A stretch of 64,000 nt of DNA from Chrysomallon squamiferum (lineage: Eukaryota; Animalia; Mollusca), in NCBI GenBank assembly GCA_012295275.1, contig CM022672.1, forward strand, positions 14,384,001 to 14,448,000, in the 5' to 3' direction. The translations under genes were made by a program, and so were the position numbers. Below, piece after piece: positions 30,935-45,469 of the stretch. The notes beneath the pieces were generated by a model. The model was not told the origin of the DNA. It saw nothing but the letters and a program-made list of their open reading frames with translations, and searched no databases. The stretch's first letter is position 1. Every line of letters begins with the position of its first letter.

Positions 30935-31130
30935 TATGTGTTTCTGTGTGCATATGTGTAAGTGCCTGTGTTTGTTGTATCTATCTGTCTATATTTGTAT
31001 GTGTTTCTGTGTGCATATGTGTAAGTGCCTGTGTTTGTTGTATCTATCTGTCTATATTTGTATGTGTTTCTGTGTGCATATGTGTAAGTGCCTGTGTTTG
31101 TTGTATCTATCTGTCTATATTTGTATGTGT
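30935..31130. repeat. Three near-identical 63-bp tandem units
   Basis: TATGTGTTTCTGTGTGCATATGTGTAAGTGCCTGTGTTTG... x3; also seen as a 21-aa repeat in the ORF track. Confidence 0.93.
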
Positions 31131-32976
31131 CTCTGTTTACAGTTTTTTTTTTGTTGCTAATACTGATTACAAAAAATCCCAAATACCAACACACATCTCT
31201 CTGTTATTAAATGTTTTATTATAAGCCTATTAAAGATTACAGTATTTTATACCTAACACACTAAATGTGTTTTAACATTTATTGGTAATATATATTATCT
31301 ATGCTTATACAATAACAGATATATCACACATGTGCAGTTAATAATACCCAGTAACCTGGACAAAATCAGAGATATTGACAAAATGAAAAGTATACAAAGA
31401 CTCAAGGAACTTGATAAATTACAACAGTAAACTGATGCAATCTACACATATGGCTAGGTATTCAAACTGAATTGATTATAGTATTTAGGATGAATGGAAA
31501 TTACAAAATCCAAATACATGATATTTGTGGGTGTCTGTGTTAAATTATGCATCTGTGTGTGTTGTGTGTGCCTGTGTGTGTGGGTGTTGGTGTGTGTGGG
31601 TGTGTGTATAAATGGTAAAGAAAACAATCAAGAAAATAAATAAATAAATAAAAGAGCAAATTTCCAATCAATGATCAGACTGAAACAACAACATAATCTC
31701 TTGAATGCTAAATTATCAATGTCACCTAACTTGATCATTTACATTTACAGCTTCAAATAAATATACTGATAAGATTTATCACGCACAAAATAGATAATTA
31801 ATTATAAAATAAAAATACTTGAAATAAAACAAAATAATATCTAAAAAGAAATAAAAAAGAAATAAAAATGAATTGTTAATAGTAACAACAACAATAATAA
31901 TAAAACAAAATAAAATTTTTAAATTAAACGGATTTCAAAAAGAAAAAAAGAAAAAAGATGGGTCAAACTAATGCAACGTATTAATTTTCACTCAGCCAGG
32001 CCCACCCACTCAAAACTCTGTCATTATTTGTTCTAGAGACACAAACAACAATATCAGTGTTTGCTTTCCTCAACCAGGAGACATGAACACACGAAGGTAT
32101 GCAGTACCTCAAAGATATGTCCTGTTTGAATTATGTAGGTTTCTTTGCACCTGGCACACCTACTGCAAATACCTCTGACTTTGTAACGAGCACATGCTCA
32201 GGTATGACACTGTAATTGTTTTTTTTTTTTTCTGGAGGTTTTGCTGATGAAAAGTTTTCAGTGCTTTTACACAATGAAAAATTTCTGTTCTGTTTTGTGT
32301 TATAAAAGAGCTTTGGTGCCTATTAAATGAGTATCTGTTTTTGATCTTTTTGATGGAAAGTTAGCATAGGTTGTAGTATAACAAATTCTCATGTTTATTG
32401 TTGTTGGTGGGAAATTATCAGAGATGATATAACTAAAAAAAAAAAAAAATTTAGTGAGGATTCAGTATTTCAGGAAAGTGGAAAAATGCGATTTAAAAAA
32501 ACCCACCTTTTTTATATAAAAATAATATTATCATCACTCGTACTGTGAATGCATTATACATGATAATCAGCATCTAGGCCTGTGATCAATACATACACAT
32601 ACAGCTGTGTTCTAATGTACTGTTTATATTGCTTCATATCTGTAATTGGAAATATCAAACTGTTTAAAAATCTCTTGAAATAAATAAACAGGAATTAGTT
32701 GAATGAAATGCTAAATCCATCCATTCTGACAAACTGTTATTTTTATAGATCTGTGCTGTAAAAATCAATAACAACAACAACAACAGCAGCAAAGTATAAC
32801 AATGAGAACTAAGCCAGTATATGAAATAATATGAATTAGGGGATACATGCTATGTAATAATAATAAAAATAATAATTTCAAAGCTATTAACATAGGTACC
32901 TTAATAGTTGTACTAATATATATATGTATTTATGTATGTGTATATGTATGTATGTATGTATGTACATGTGTCTCTT

Positions 32977-33010
<34 letters not shown>

Positions 33011-33025
33011 TGTGTGTGTGTGTGA

Positions 33026-33057
<32 letters not shown>

Positions 33058-33933
33058 CACACACACACACACACACAGACAGACAGACAGAGAGAGAGAA
33101 AGAAAGAGAGATCATGGGAGACAAAACCTCCAAAAAAAAATAATCACTTGAAAATCTAACAAACACTTTCTTGGTCTTTGTTAACATAATTATATAAAAG
33201 TTTACATCAAAACTAAAAAAAAAAAAAAAAAAAATAAATAAACAAAATGTGGGACATTGTTATCACTACTAAAATATTCACAATGTTCCAAAATAGTTGC
33301 TGACACTAAAATATATTTAGTACTTTTGATCTTAACAGTACAGTTTATCACTATGTATTTTGTTGTTTGTCAAGTACACTGTTACAACTTACATATACAT
33401 TACTGTGTTCCTGTATCTAAATTAATGAACATAATTGTGTTATAGATTAACATATTTCGACCTATTACAGTAATAACAGGCATATGTTTAGCATATTATG
33501 TAGGTTAACAAGCTGAAATAAAAATAAAATGTATTTAAAGCGGATATGCTTCTGCTTATTGTGGTGATAGAATTTATTTATTTTTGTTTGTTTGTTTGTT
33601 TGTTGCTGGGGCTTTTTTTCTTCTTTTTTTTCTTTTTTTTTTTTTTTGTTATTTTTTTTGTTATTGTTATTGATTTCTTTTTCAATATTACGATCAGTCC
33701 AAAATTTAAAATTTAACAAGTCAGATACTTTGCAAATACAAATATATATATATATATAAAATTACCTCACTGTTTTTTCATCAATTTATTAATTTTGTGA
33801 TATACTTTGAAATATATTTTTCAATGTAAGGGGTTACACAGCTGCATGGTTTCCATTTTTTTCATCATTATAATTTTAAAATATTCCAAAATATACAAGG
33901 TTATAAAGTAATAAAGAATCTGTTTAATATAGT

Positions 33934-34020
<87 letters not shown>

Positions 34021-34986
34021 AGTTACTTATAATTCCTAAGTTACATTTACATTTTCAAAACACAGTAAGAACAGATCCTTTGTAGTACAACGTTATAACT
34101 TCTACAATGTTTCTACATGGCTAAACAAAAAAAACCTACTGCTATGAATCAACCGATGAATTCACACACAGACGCGGGGAAATGAACCATGACAAGGAAG
34201 TTATCACACTTGAAGGATTCTAGGAGGCGTGTCCTGATAACAGGAATGTGGTTGAAGATTAATTATCGTTATTAGTCAACAGTTATGTGAATTTCACTTG
34301 TTGATCAAGACCGGTAGTCACCACATTGTTATACAATTACTGAAAATATTACAAATTATTTACTCGTTGGCAAACTGTTATTGCATAATGAAAACGTAAT
34401 ACAGTTTACTATTATGCATTTATTAGTGTTATTATGACTATAAATTTTTATATATGTGTGTGTTTGTGTATGTGTAAGTGTGTATGTACATGTGAATGTG
34501 TATATGCATGGGTAGGTGTGTGTGTGCATAGGCCTGCTTACATGTACATGTATTTCTGTTCATACATATGGATGTCTGTATGCAAGTAAGTAGATTTAGG
34601 TACATTTTGGTACATATGTACTCTTGCATATCATTTTATTTGTATGCAATTCTTTAAAAGTCCAAGGTTAACACATTTCAACAGGAATAAACAATTTAAA
34701 CAAAAAGTTTTTTTTTTAACAAAATATTAAATTAAAACCAAACAATAAAGTATTAAAAAGACTTGCAGGTAGAAATGTGGTTTGTCATGTTACTCTGCAC
34801 TTGCAGCACATGTCCACGACACTCAGCATATAATGTTACTTCACCTTTATTCACAGTGTAACAGAGAATGAAGGTGTATGTATAATTTAAGTGAGTCAAA
34901 ATTAATCATGCACAAACTGAACAAATATTGTTTTTAGTATTATTACTTTTCTTGTAAAATTTCATTTCATTTATCAGTTCATTTTA

Positions 34987-35037
<51 letters not shown>

Positions 35038-35233
35038 TAATAATTAATAATATTATTATTATTATTTATTTATTTATTTATTTATTTATTCAATATTAAC
35101 AATCATATCATCTCGTGTATTGTGCATTTCACCAATATGACTAATAGATTAAACATAACAGCCTTATACAATCAAGTGTTCTCTAACACAAAGTTAATCA
35201 TGGGTAAGCATTAGGATTAGTGAATTAAGTTAA

Positions 35234-35385
35234 GTAAATGTTTATTTAACAACACTTCAACACAATTTAACATCAAAAGTCATTAAGCACTCTGCTGCCA
35301 CTTATAATTGTAGTTAGCAAAAAATATATATTTTAATGCACCTTCTCACAGACAGGCGAACACACAGACTTTGCCAAACTGCTAA
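35234..35385 (-). mobile_element. Decayed 3' part of probably the same SINE family
   Basis: AAATGTTTATTTAACAACACTTCAACAC ... TTTTAATGCACCTTCTCACAGACAGG resembles the recalled SINE 3' region in reverse orientation; unverified. Confidence 0.4.
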
Positions 35386-35759
35386 TGGTGAGTTGATAAT
35401 GAGCTTATTTACTGAATGCTGAACCTAACAGTGCCGTAACCTCTAAAAGTGATGACATTTAAATAACGTGTTGATTATTTAAATTAAACATAATTTATTT
35501 TATTTTATTTTTTTTTTAAATAAAAGATATATTTTTTTAAATTAAAATTAAACATAATTTTTTTTTTTTTTTTAAATATTAGCAAGTGCTTTTAACAATT
35601 AGCATATATTCAAATTAAATGAAACATCTGAAAGTTTATTTTTCCTGTTTTTTTTTTTTTGAATAGATGGCATTTTTAATGAATTTTGAAAGTGTTTCTG
35701 ATGGTTTTTAAAGGAAAAGTTAATTGATGCATTAAATTAGTATAAAAAAAAAAAAAAAA

Positions 35760-35793
<34 letters not shown>

Positions 35794-37709
35794 TACAACA
35801 ATGATAATAAGTAAGTAAGTAAGTAAATAAAAAACAAATGTCATAGATCAGAATTCAGGAAGCCTGTAAAAACAGTGAACATATTTTACATGTAAATGAT
35901 ATGCTGAACAATATGAAGATCTCTCCTCTGAGCCATGGATATTGTGAGTGTGTGTGTGTGTGTGTGTGTGTTTAGGGGGGATGAGATGTCATCTGTTGCA
36001 TGAACACACTATAAAGTGTTGTTAAGTGTATCATGTTGAATGTCAAAATATTTATCATGCGTAATGACTACTGTGCTATGATGGTCTGATAACAAAAACA
36101 ATAATAATGAACATTCGTATTCACAACAAGCATCAGTTACAATTACTGTTATGAATATTTTATTTTTAATAAAATGTGGTAATGATAATGAAGTATGAAT
36201 ATTTTACATTATGTTTTAATGTCACAACATTGTATGTAATGTTAAATAACATTATGTATTTAAAAAAAAAAAAGTAACATTAAAGAAATAGTAAGCAAGC
36301 CTTCTGATTCTACATAACTTGTTTGATGTTATTTCACTTTGATTTTAAGTTAAAATATATTTCAATTATAAATTTCTAAATGTTTCTTTTTCTTTTCTTT
36401 TTTCTTTTTTTTTTGCATCTAAAAATAACATTTTTGTTATTATAGCAATCTTAAGGTGATAAAATAAATAAAATGTAAATGCTATACATTGTAAACATAT
36501 GTCATCAATGTTTTAATGATATTATTAAAAATGTTGTAATTTCATTTTTACCAGCTACAACACTTGTAAATTTTGGTAATAATGGTACAAACATACTCTT
36601 CCATCTATTCATCTTTCTTTAAAACAGTTCTATTAGAATTAGTTCCATTTTAATTATAATTATCTTATTTAAAATACATTTCAATACCATCCACACTTTC
36701 ATTTTTGTTACTCTTTAAAACAATTTCACTGTGAATATATTTTCATTATGACGCATATGTTACTAATACATGCAACTGAAGATGATATTTAATCTGACCA
36801 GCCATGCACCCAGCAGCCCTTTCAATCGTGATCAAATTTAAAAAAATTTCCTTTAAATTCTGTCACTTGTACAGTTATTGATCCACATGTACAACATCCA
36901 GTAATAAATTATACTTTGTTTCACATTTAAATACATTACTACTTAGTACCTTTTTTTCCCTCTTGATTAAAATGTTAAACAATTTGCATTTAATACATAT
37001 TTGTTATTACAAGCATACTAATAATTATGAGTCATTTTAGAATGAGAATGAATAACTTTAATAATGTCTTAAAAATGCAAAAATCTAAATGATCTTATAC
37101 AGTGAATATAAAACAATATTCTATTATTTAAAAATCTTGTAAAGTAAAGGTTATTATTATTATTATTTTCTTTTGGGGGGGGTGGTATTTTAAAATTTCA
37201 CTTAATTAAATAAGTACATACATATATTTAATTTAATCTTGCTATTTCAGATAAAGGTAATTTGTCTGTATTAAAAATTATTATCTGTTCTTATAACTGT
37301 TTTTAAAAAATACACTTTTAAACTTTCTGTTTATTCTAAAACAGAAAACACTGCTGGTTTATTGCATATTCCACTACAAGGCAAAGTGTTGAGAATGAAT
37401 GCATGAATTCATTTAAATATCTCTGAAGAAGAAACCTTTGCTGTTACTGAATAGAAGATTTGTTTTACACATAACCAGCAAAAAATTTGTCATCATATAC
37501 CTTCACATACATGGGAAAACACTATCTTTGACAAAGTATATACATTTCAAATTTTCCAGTAATGTTTAAGAACATTAGCTGCAAATGGCTTTTATTTGGA
37601 TCTTCCAATACACAGGGTACAAAACACAAAACAGATAACACAGATCTTTGATAAAGGATAAATATTTTCATTGCAGATAAAGTTGGGAGAGTTTATCAAA
37701 ATTACATAC

Positions 37710-37765
37710 CTCATTCCATTCTGGATTTAGATCTGACTTGCAAACTTTACTCTTCTTTCGTTGAC
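37710..37765 (-). CDS. MYOF: Ferlin exon 2 (GQRKKSKVCKSDLNPEWNE)
   Basis: tttttag acceptor, GAG|GTATGT donor, 56 nt, phase 1 to 0; C2 signature LNPxWNE. Confidence 0.93.
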
Positions 37766-37851
37766 CTAAAAATATTTATATTACAACTGAATAATAATTA
37801 TTATAAGTTATTCCTATTAAATATGTGTGTGTGCATGTGTGTGTGTGTGTG

Positions 37852-37913
<62 letters not shown>

Positions 37914-38300
37914 TGTGTGTACACATACACATAGAAATACCTTCTTTTAATAATTAAATCAAAAACTACAAATGTAAATAATGTTTATATATCTAAAAAT
38001 GTAAATAAAATTAAATGTAAACAATATATATATATATATACATAAATAAAATATTTTACGCCTAAATATGTATTAACACATTACATTCATGTATGTAATG
38101 TTTTAACAAATAATTAAAATTTTAAAACATTTAATTTTTATATTTTTATAATATATACTTAAGTCATGTTAAAAACATATTCAGTTTAAAAACACCGTTT
38201 TATTCCACAAGAAGAATTCACAGTTCTTGACAGTTAAAGCGATATATATAATATATATATATACTAAATACTTTAATACACAAAATACTCCGTAACTCAC

Positions 38301-38394
38301 CCTGAAATTCAATAACAGCGTAAGGGTCGCATTTCCCTAACGTCTCCGGATTAGGAACGTTTGCTGCGCTCAGAACAACGACTTGTAACGCCAT
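38301..38394 (-). CDS. MYOF: Ferlin coding exon 1 (MALQVVVLSAANVPNPETLGKCDPYAVIEFQ), start of C2A
   Basis: ATG in GCTATGG context; 94 nt; donor CAGG|GTGAGT, phase 1; resembles the myoferlin N-terminus MLRVIVESASNIP..GKPDP. Confidence 0.92.
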
Positions 38395-38620
38395 AGCAAG
38401 TTTCTGTAACTTTATTTACATCCAAAACTCCATGTTGTTTCTGCTGGTTAGAAGTCGAAAGTACTCCGGTGCCACACCCGTCCTCTAGTGACGGAAATTA
38501 TCAATGTGGCAAGGGAGGTAATTCTAGAGCAGTCGCTGTTTATACTGAGCGAATAAAGTAAGTCCGTTACTTCGCGTGTAAACCGTATTTAGAAGTAGTA
38601 GCGTGTCAGACTATATGTAA
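38395..38620 (-). promoter_or_regulatory. Ferlin 5'UTR / proximal promoter
   Basis: CpG-rich non-repetitive segment immediately upstream of the ATG; start site not determinable from sequence. Confidence 0.55.
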
Positions 38621-38661
38621 TTGGAGTTTTAAATATATATATATATATATATCTCTTTCTA

Positions 38662-38713
<52 letters not shown>

Positions 38714-39060
38714 TTATATATATTTTCGTCATAAAAAGAAATTCGTAAGATACATAAATACATACATATATACATACATACATATATACACACACACACA
38801 TACATGTATACATACATACATACACACATACACACATACATACATGCATACATACAAATATACATACAAACATACATACATACGTACATACATATATACA
38901 CACATACATATATAAACATATTTCTACCGGTAAACTGATGGTAGTCAAGACTGACTCTGACACCAAATATATAAATACAAAAATATGGATCCATTATAAT
39001 CAGCTATATGGACGCCCTCATATGTCACAGAAACCAGTATCGTATCTTTGACAGAAAGGT

Positions 39061-39143
<83 letters not shown>

Positions 39144-39552
39144 GTCAAAATTTATCTTCTTTTCTATTCCTTTTACCAACAAACAACAAACAAATAAACA
39201 AACAGAAAGTTAACAAAGTTATCGATTGAACAAACAAACAAATAAACAAACAAACCCCGTTTATATCGATTTTCGTATTCGGAGTGTGGGTGGCTAGGTT
39301 CACATACTGTGCATTTATTTTACATAAAAGAAAAGTATTTAATAAATATGCACATTTATTAGTACACAGCTGGCTGAACTTCAGTGTCACACCAGATAAC
39401 TGTTAGTTCTGTTATATGCTGATGAACTGGAAAGTTGCAGAAAATTAGTAAAGCTGTTTTTTATGAAACTGATGTTTACACATGATCTCACATGCCCTCA
39501 CATGCATCTGATTTTTCGACCATCTATAAGTTATTATTGTCATTACTGTTAT

Positions 39553-39593
<41 letters not shown>

Positions 39594-39707
39594 TAGTTCT
39601 TCTCCTACTATACGAACTACTACAGCTATTATTATTGTTGTTGTTGTTGTTGTTATTGTTATTATTATTAATACTAACATTATTACTACTATTACTACAA
39701 CAACTAC

Positions 39708-39753
<46 letters not shown>

Positions 39754-39912
39754 TTCATTATTATTATTATTGTTGTTACTAATATTACTATTCTCCTTCT
39801 TCTTCTTATTGTTATTAGTCAACTGTTATGTGAACTTCTCTTGGGATTAAGACTGGTCGACATCACACTGTTATACAACATACATTTATTATTATTGTTA
39901 TTATTATTATTA

Positions 39913-39946
<34 letters not shown>

Positions 39947-40268
39947 AAAAACTATACACTATATAAACATATTTTCAGGCTGCTGTTAGGAAATAACTAT
40001 TTAGATAATAACTAGTTTAACTAAAATGTGTGCAAATCTTGTAACTTCTGTGGACTCCTGGTCGATTCTCTGCTCGATAAGTTGATATGTGAACACAGAA
40101 CTCGGCAGCAAACTTCAACAGTCTGACTGACTTTCTCCACATATGATTTTCTTTATGTGGTTTTATTTATGTGATTGTGTGCCTGTTTGTATATATATTT
40201 TTATGTATGTGGTGCGTGTTTGTGTGTTTGTATGTATGTATGTATGTATGTATGTATGTATGTATGTA

Positions 40269-40299
<31 letters not shown>

Positions 40300-40722
40300 A
40301 TGTGTGTGTGTGTGTATGTATGTATGTATATATGTATGTATGTAGGCATGTATATATATATGTATGTATGTATGTATGTATGAATGTATGTATGTATGTA
40401 TATATGTGTGTATTATAGTTCTTCTTGGTGTTAGTTTGAAAATTCAGAAGCTGATCTATTGCCATTATTTACTTTCCTTTGCAGCAGTTATTTCCGTGAA
40501 TATGAATGAAAACACCAACAATGGCGTTTATACAACTTGAATTTTCAGATAGTAAAACAGAGACACAGGAGATGTTTTTACAAACGAAAGAGGCGGGGGC
40601 GTATCCTTTTCATGAAACACAAGTAACGCTCAACGACTAACTTGCTGTTCTGTGAAAATAGTTTTTTTTATTTTCTTCATGTTTGAAATTGCAAGTATCG
40701 AACGGACTGGTTTGTGGGTTTG

Positions 40723-40788
<66 letters not shown>

Positions 40789-41065
40789 CCTGTGTGACTG
40801 CCCGAATGAGTGCTGGCAGATTTTAATCACCAATTTTCAAATCGGCATCAAGTTGTTTTTCCATAATTACTGACAAATAATCCTTGAAGAATTATCTCCC
40901 TTTATTACGATTACACATGCATGAAATTCCTCAAAAACATTAGATAATAATAATACGTGAAAATACCAACCCCCAAAAGAAGAAGAAGAAGAAAAAAAAT
41001 AAATCAATATTAAAAAATTGAAATAAAAATTATAATAATAATAATAAAAAATAAAATAAAATAAA

Positions 41066-41142
<77 letters not shown>

Positions 41143-41493
41143 GAACAGAAATAAAAATAAAAACAACAACAAAGAAGCAAGCATAAAACTTAAAAACAAA
41201 CATATAATCCAGATATCAACACACGCTTTCTTTCTGTTTATAATATAACAAGGTTGTTTTTGTTTGTTGTTTTTTTGTTTTTTTTTTTAACCTTACAATT
41301 AAACCATTAAAAAGGCGTGCTCAGAATAAGCATGTTTTATTTCCTGCGAGTGAAACCTGGGGGACTCTTACAGCTGGAGTTCTCGGGACAGCTCTGGAAA
41401 TTTACGCTGACAAGATAGTTCAGACACCAACCACTTGAACTGGGATGACCTCGGTCTGCAGTCTGCACGGTGAAGAGTTGGTCATGTCTTGCC

Positions 41494-41720
41494 TCTGTAC
41501 CAGTTAGTACTTGACCTTGAGATCAAAACACTTATTTACTTTTATTACAGTATTTGTTCTTTGATTTATTTTTTTTTAAAACGTAAGTATGTTTGTGTGT
41601 ATGATTTAGTATTACTGTGTTACGTCTGTACCTTTTGGTACTTGACCTTGAGGTCAAAGCATTTATCTTGGTTTTTTATAGTATTTGTTCTTTGAATTTT
41701 TTTAAAACGTATGTATGTAT
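41494..41720. repeat. Diverged direct duplication, period ~131 bp
   Basis: GTACTTGACCTTGAG(A/G)TCAAA...AGTATTTGTTCTTTGA...TTTAAAACGTA occurs twice. Confidence 0.85.
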
Positions 41721-42143
41721 TATTAGTATTGTCGTTGTTGTTACCGTTACTGTGGTGGTTGTTATTGTTGTTCTTGAACTGAATTTAATGATGCTGATGG
41801 TAATGATGAAATTATAGTTGCTGAGTAAGTATTTTGTTTTATCTGAATTTATACTACAGCTACATCTGGTGCTCTAGTAACAACAACAACAACATCATCA
41901 ACAACAACAACAATACTAATCCTGCAACTGACCGAATACGTATGTATGTATATGTATGTATGTATGTATGTATATATGAGTATTTGAATGTATATGTCTA
42001 TATATGTATGTTTATGTGTATACATATCTTTGTAACATACACACACACGATTATACACATACACATGCCAATATAAATGTATGCACGTATGTATGTGTGT
42101 GTGTGTATGTATGTATATGTATATATATATGTATGTATGTATT

Positions 42144-42300
42144 TATAAGTAGACAAGTATGAACAGGGTATGTATCAATGTGTTTGCTATAACAAGAAAC
42201 AAAGCAAGATAATACTAAGAATTAGCATCAAGGGAAGGTTTGATATGAACCCTCCGATAGAGAGTAAAACACATAAATAGAACTTTAAAATAATAATAAT
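42144..42300 (+). repeat. Dispersed repeat, copy 1 (inverted partner at 50120-50242)
   Basis: Shares GTATGAACAGGGTATGTA and CAAGGGAAGGTTTGATATGAACCCTCC with the reverse complement of copy 2. Confidence 0.85.
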
Positions 42301-42924
42301 GTGATGATGACGATGGTGATGATGATAATATAATAATAATAAAGTGATAATAATGATAATAATGATGATGATAATAATAATGTGATGATGATGATGACAA
42401 CAACAACAACAACGATACCAATCCTGCAAGCGACCGAATATGCTTTACCCAGTTAAACATTTATAAAAGACCAATAGCTCTGTGTTCTTAACAACAACAT
42501 TACTTTCAGAATTTTAAATGTTTTATTTTTATATTTATTTCATTTTATTTTATTTTATTTTATTTACGTATTTTTTAACCTCAACGCAAACTCCCATAAT
42601 ACTGATGTTGTCCAGCCTACCAAAATACTTTACTGTTAATTAGTTCAGTAAAACTGAAAAACTAATGGACACATCAAGTTGCTTTTATAAATCAAAGATT
42701 ATTTTAAATATAAAGTGGCCACGTGATGATATTAACAAAGATATAACATAAATAAATGTTGACTGAACTTCCACGATATCATTTTATGTATTTTTGTTTG
42801 TTAGCTCATTTTTTGCAGATAATATTTACAGATAATAAATTAAACAATAAATTAACAAGCTATGAATATATAGAGGCTGGCGTCATATCCTTTTATGACG
42901 TCATTTCGTACAAATAAAAGCTCT

Positions 42925-43147
42925 GCTACTACTACTACTATTACTACTACTACAACTACTATTACTACTACTACAACTACTACTACAACTACTACAACTA
43001 CTACTACTACTACTACTACTACAACTACTACTACTACTACTCTACTAGTACTACTACTACTACTATTACTACTACTACTACTACTACTATTACTACTACT
43101 ACAACAACTACTACTACTACTACTACTACTACTAATAATAATAATAA

Positions 43148-43178
<31 letters not shown>

Positions 43179-43182
43179 AAAA
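42925..43182. repeat. Compound trinucleotide microsatellite (ACT)n-(AAT)n-(AAG)n
   Basis: Directly visible. Confidence 0.95.
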
Positions 43183-43453
43183 AGAGAAGCTCCCCTCCCC
43201 GCAAAAAAGAACCTTCCAAAAAAAAATTAATTAATTAAGTGGAAAAAAGCACTACAGAATGAGTATATGGCAGCTTTGCAATGCTTTACCGAGGCCAACG
43301 AAAGGCAGGTTGTTAGTGAAATAAAGTAAAACAGATGAACTGTTTTTTAAATGTGTTCTGGTTCATTATTTTGATGAAATGAAATAAACTTCTCAGATTA
43401 TATCAATATATAACCTTACACGAATTTTATTTGCGGAAGCAACAGTACTATAC

Positions 43454-43487
<34 letters not shown>

Positions 43488-43841
43488 ATACGATGGATAT
43501 TCATTCATTCATGAACGTAGGAAAATAAAAATTCGCGCGAGTTTATTTTATGGGATAATAAAAGAACTTTCTGAATGTTGAATGGACTCGTCCATGAAGA
43601 AATGTATAATAAATTACTGTAACGCCTAACAACTAAGTCCTTTTAATGACAATGAAGAATTACATATGAATAATATATAAAATATATATAACTGTCTGTG
43701 CGAGAATATAGAAGACAGCATACAAGGGCACTTGTCAGTTGTCAATCTGTTAAAATTTACATCGTGAATCTAACTGAATTGGGAGATAAAACAAAAATGT
43801 GTCCTCTAACACGACACCATTACCACCACCACCATTAAAAA

Positions 43842-43842
<1 letters not shown>

Positions 43843-43883
<41 letters not shown>

Positions 43884-44071
43884 GTCATAATGATGATAAT
43901 AATAATAATAATGATAATAAAATAAATAATAATAATAATAAGAAGAATAATGATGATGATGATGATGATAATAATAATAATCAGAAGAAGATGATGATGA
44001 CCAACAAGAACTACTACGACGATGACGACGACAACAACAACAACAACAACAACAACAATAACAACAACAAC

Positions 44072-44131
<60 letters not shown>

Positions 44132-44178
44132 AAGAAGAAGAAAAGAAGAAGAATATGAAAAAGAAACAGGCCACAATA

Positions 44179-44230
<52 letters not shown>

Positions 44231-44292
44231 TAAAATAAATAAATAAATAAATAAATAAGTAAATAAATAAATAAATGAAAATAATAATAATA
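43843..44292. repeat. Compound microsatellite (AAT/GAT/CAA/AAG)n and (AAAT)n
   Basis: Directly visible. Confidence 0.95.
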
Positions 44293-44483
44293 AGAACAAA
44301 AATATAAAAGAAGAAAGTAAAAACACATGCAATACTGAAAAAAAGTAAAACAACTGAAAATAAGTTCAGCAAGCGCTCGCTGTGAGGAAATAATCAAGTA
44401 TTTAACGTCTTGTTAAACGGTTAAAAATAAATGATAAAGAATGTCCGCTATCATCCCATTACTGCCACAACTGTTTATATCGA

Positions 44484-44514
<31 letters not shown>

Positions 44515-44798
44515 CCTCCCAGGTTAGACACGAACCCATCAACCCCTGATGTGTATATAAAACATTGTGGAGAATCCTTTGACACGGCAGTGTCAGCGAT
44601 TAAGTAATTTTCGCCGGCTTATGCCTGGATAAGCAAGTTAAAGACGTTTTAATCACACCAAAAGTTCATGCTCGTGAAAACAAATGAATTCAGTGTTTAT
44701 GTGTGTTTTACCGTGCACACTTTGCAAAGGAAAATAACTCTAAACGCACTTTACGTTCATGGAGTGAGTTAGCGTTATTTTTACAGTTCAGCTTATCG

Positions 44799-44836
<38 letters not shown>

Positions 44837-44867
44837 TGAAATTTATTATTATTATTATTATTATTAT

Positions 44868-44899
<32 letters not shown>

Positions 44900-45055
44900 C
44901 TAGTAGTAGTAGTAATATTTTGTTAATATCATTAATACACAGTTAAATTTCAGTACATGTTCCTTTTGTAGGCACGATTTAATTCAGTAAAAATATATAA
45001 GGATGGAAATTTAGATAGATGGATATTAAATATATGTATGTATACAGATAGGTAA

Positions 45056-45089
<34 letters not shown>

Positions 45090-45150
45090 TAGAGATATAG
45101 ATGGATAGATAGACAAAAAGACAGTCAAACAGAAAGACAAACCGTGATTC

Positions 45151-45204
<54 letters not shown>

Positions 45205-45469
45205 ACGAAGAACACATTTATGTAATGGAATCCATTTGAATAAAAAAAAGTAATCTGATTTGAACATCACAAACCGTAATGCCACTTTGAGAACAAAATT
45301 GATAGTCAACATTCATTTAAAAAAACATCACCTATCCTTAACAAAGCTTTTGAAATCGGAGTAGTCAAAAGTAGTATCGCATTTCTTTAATTTTTCTTTT
45401 TTATAATTTTTTAAATCTTTTTTTTTTGTTGTTGTAAAAACACCACAGTATTATAATCAAATTGCCAGC

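Noticed and set aside
17297-37709. Nested protein-coding gene in the 20-kb ferlin intron 2
   Set aside because: No chain of phase-compatible exons or recognisable domain found by eye; small exons could have been missed.
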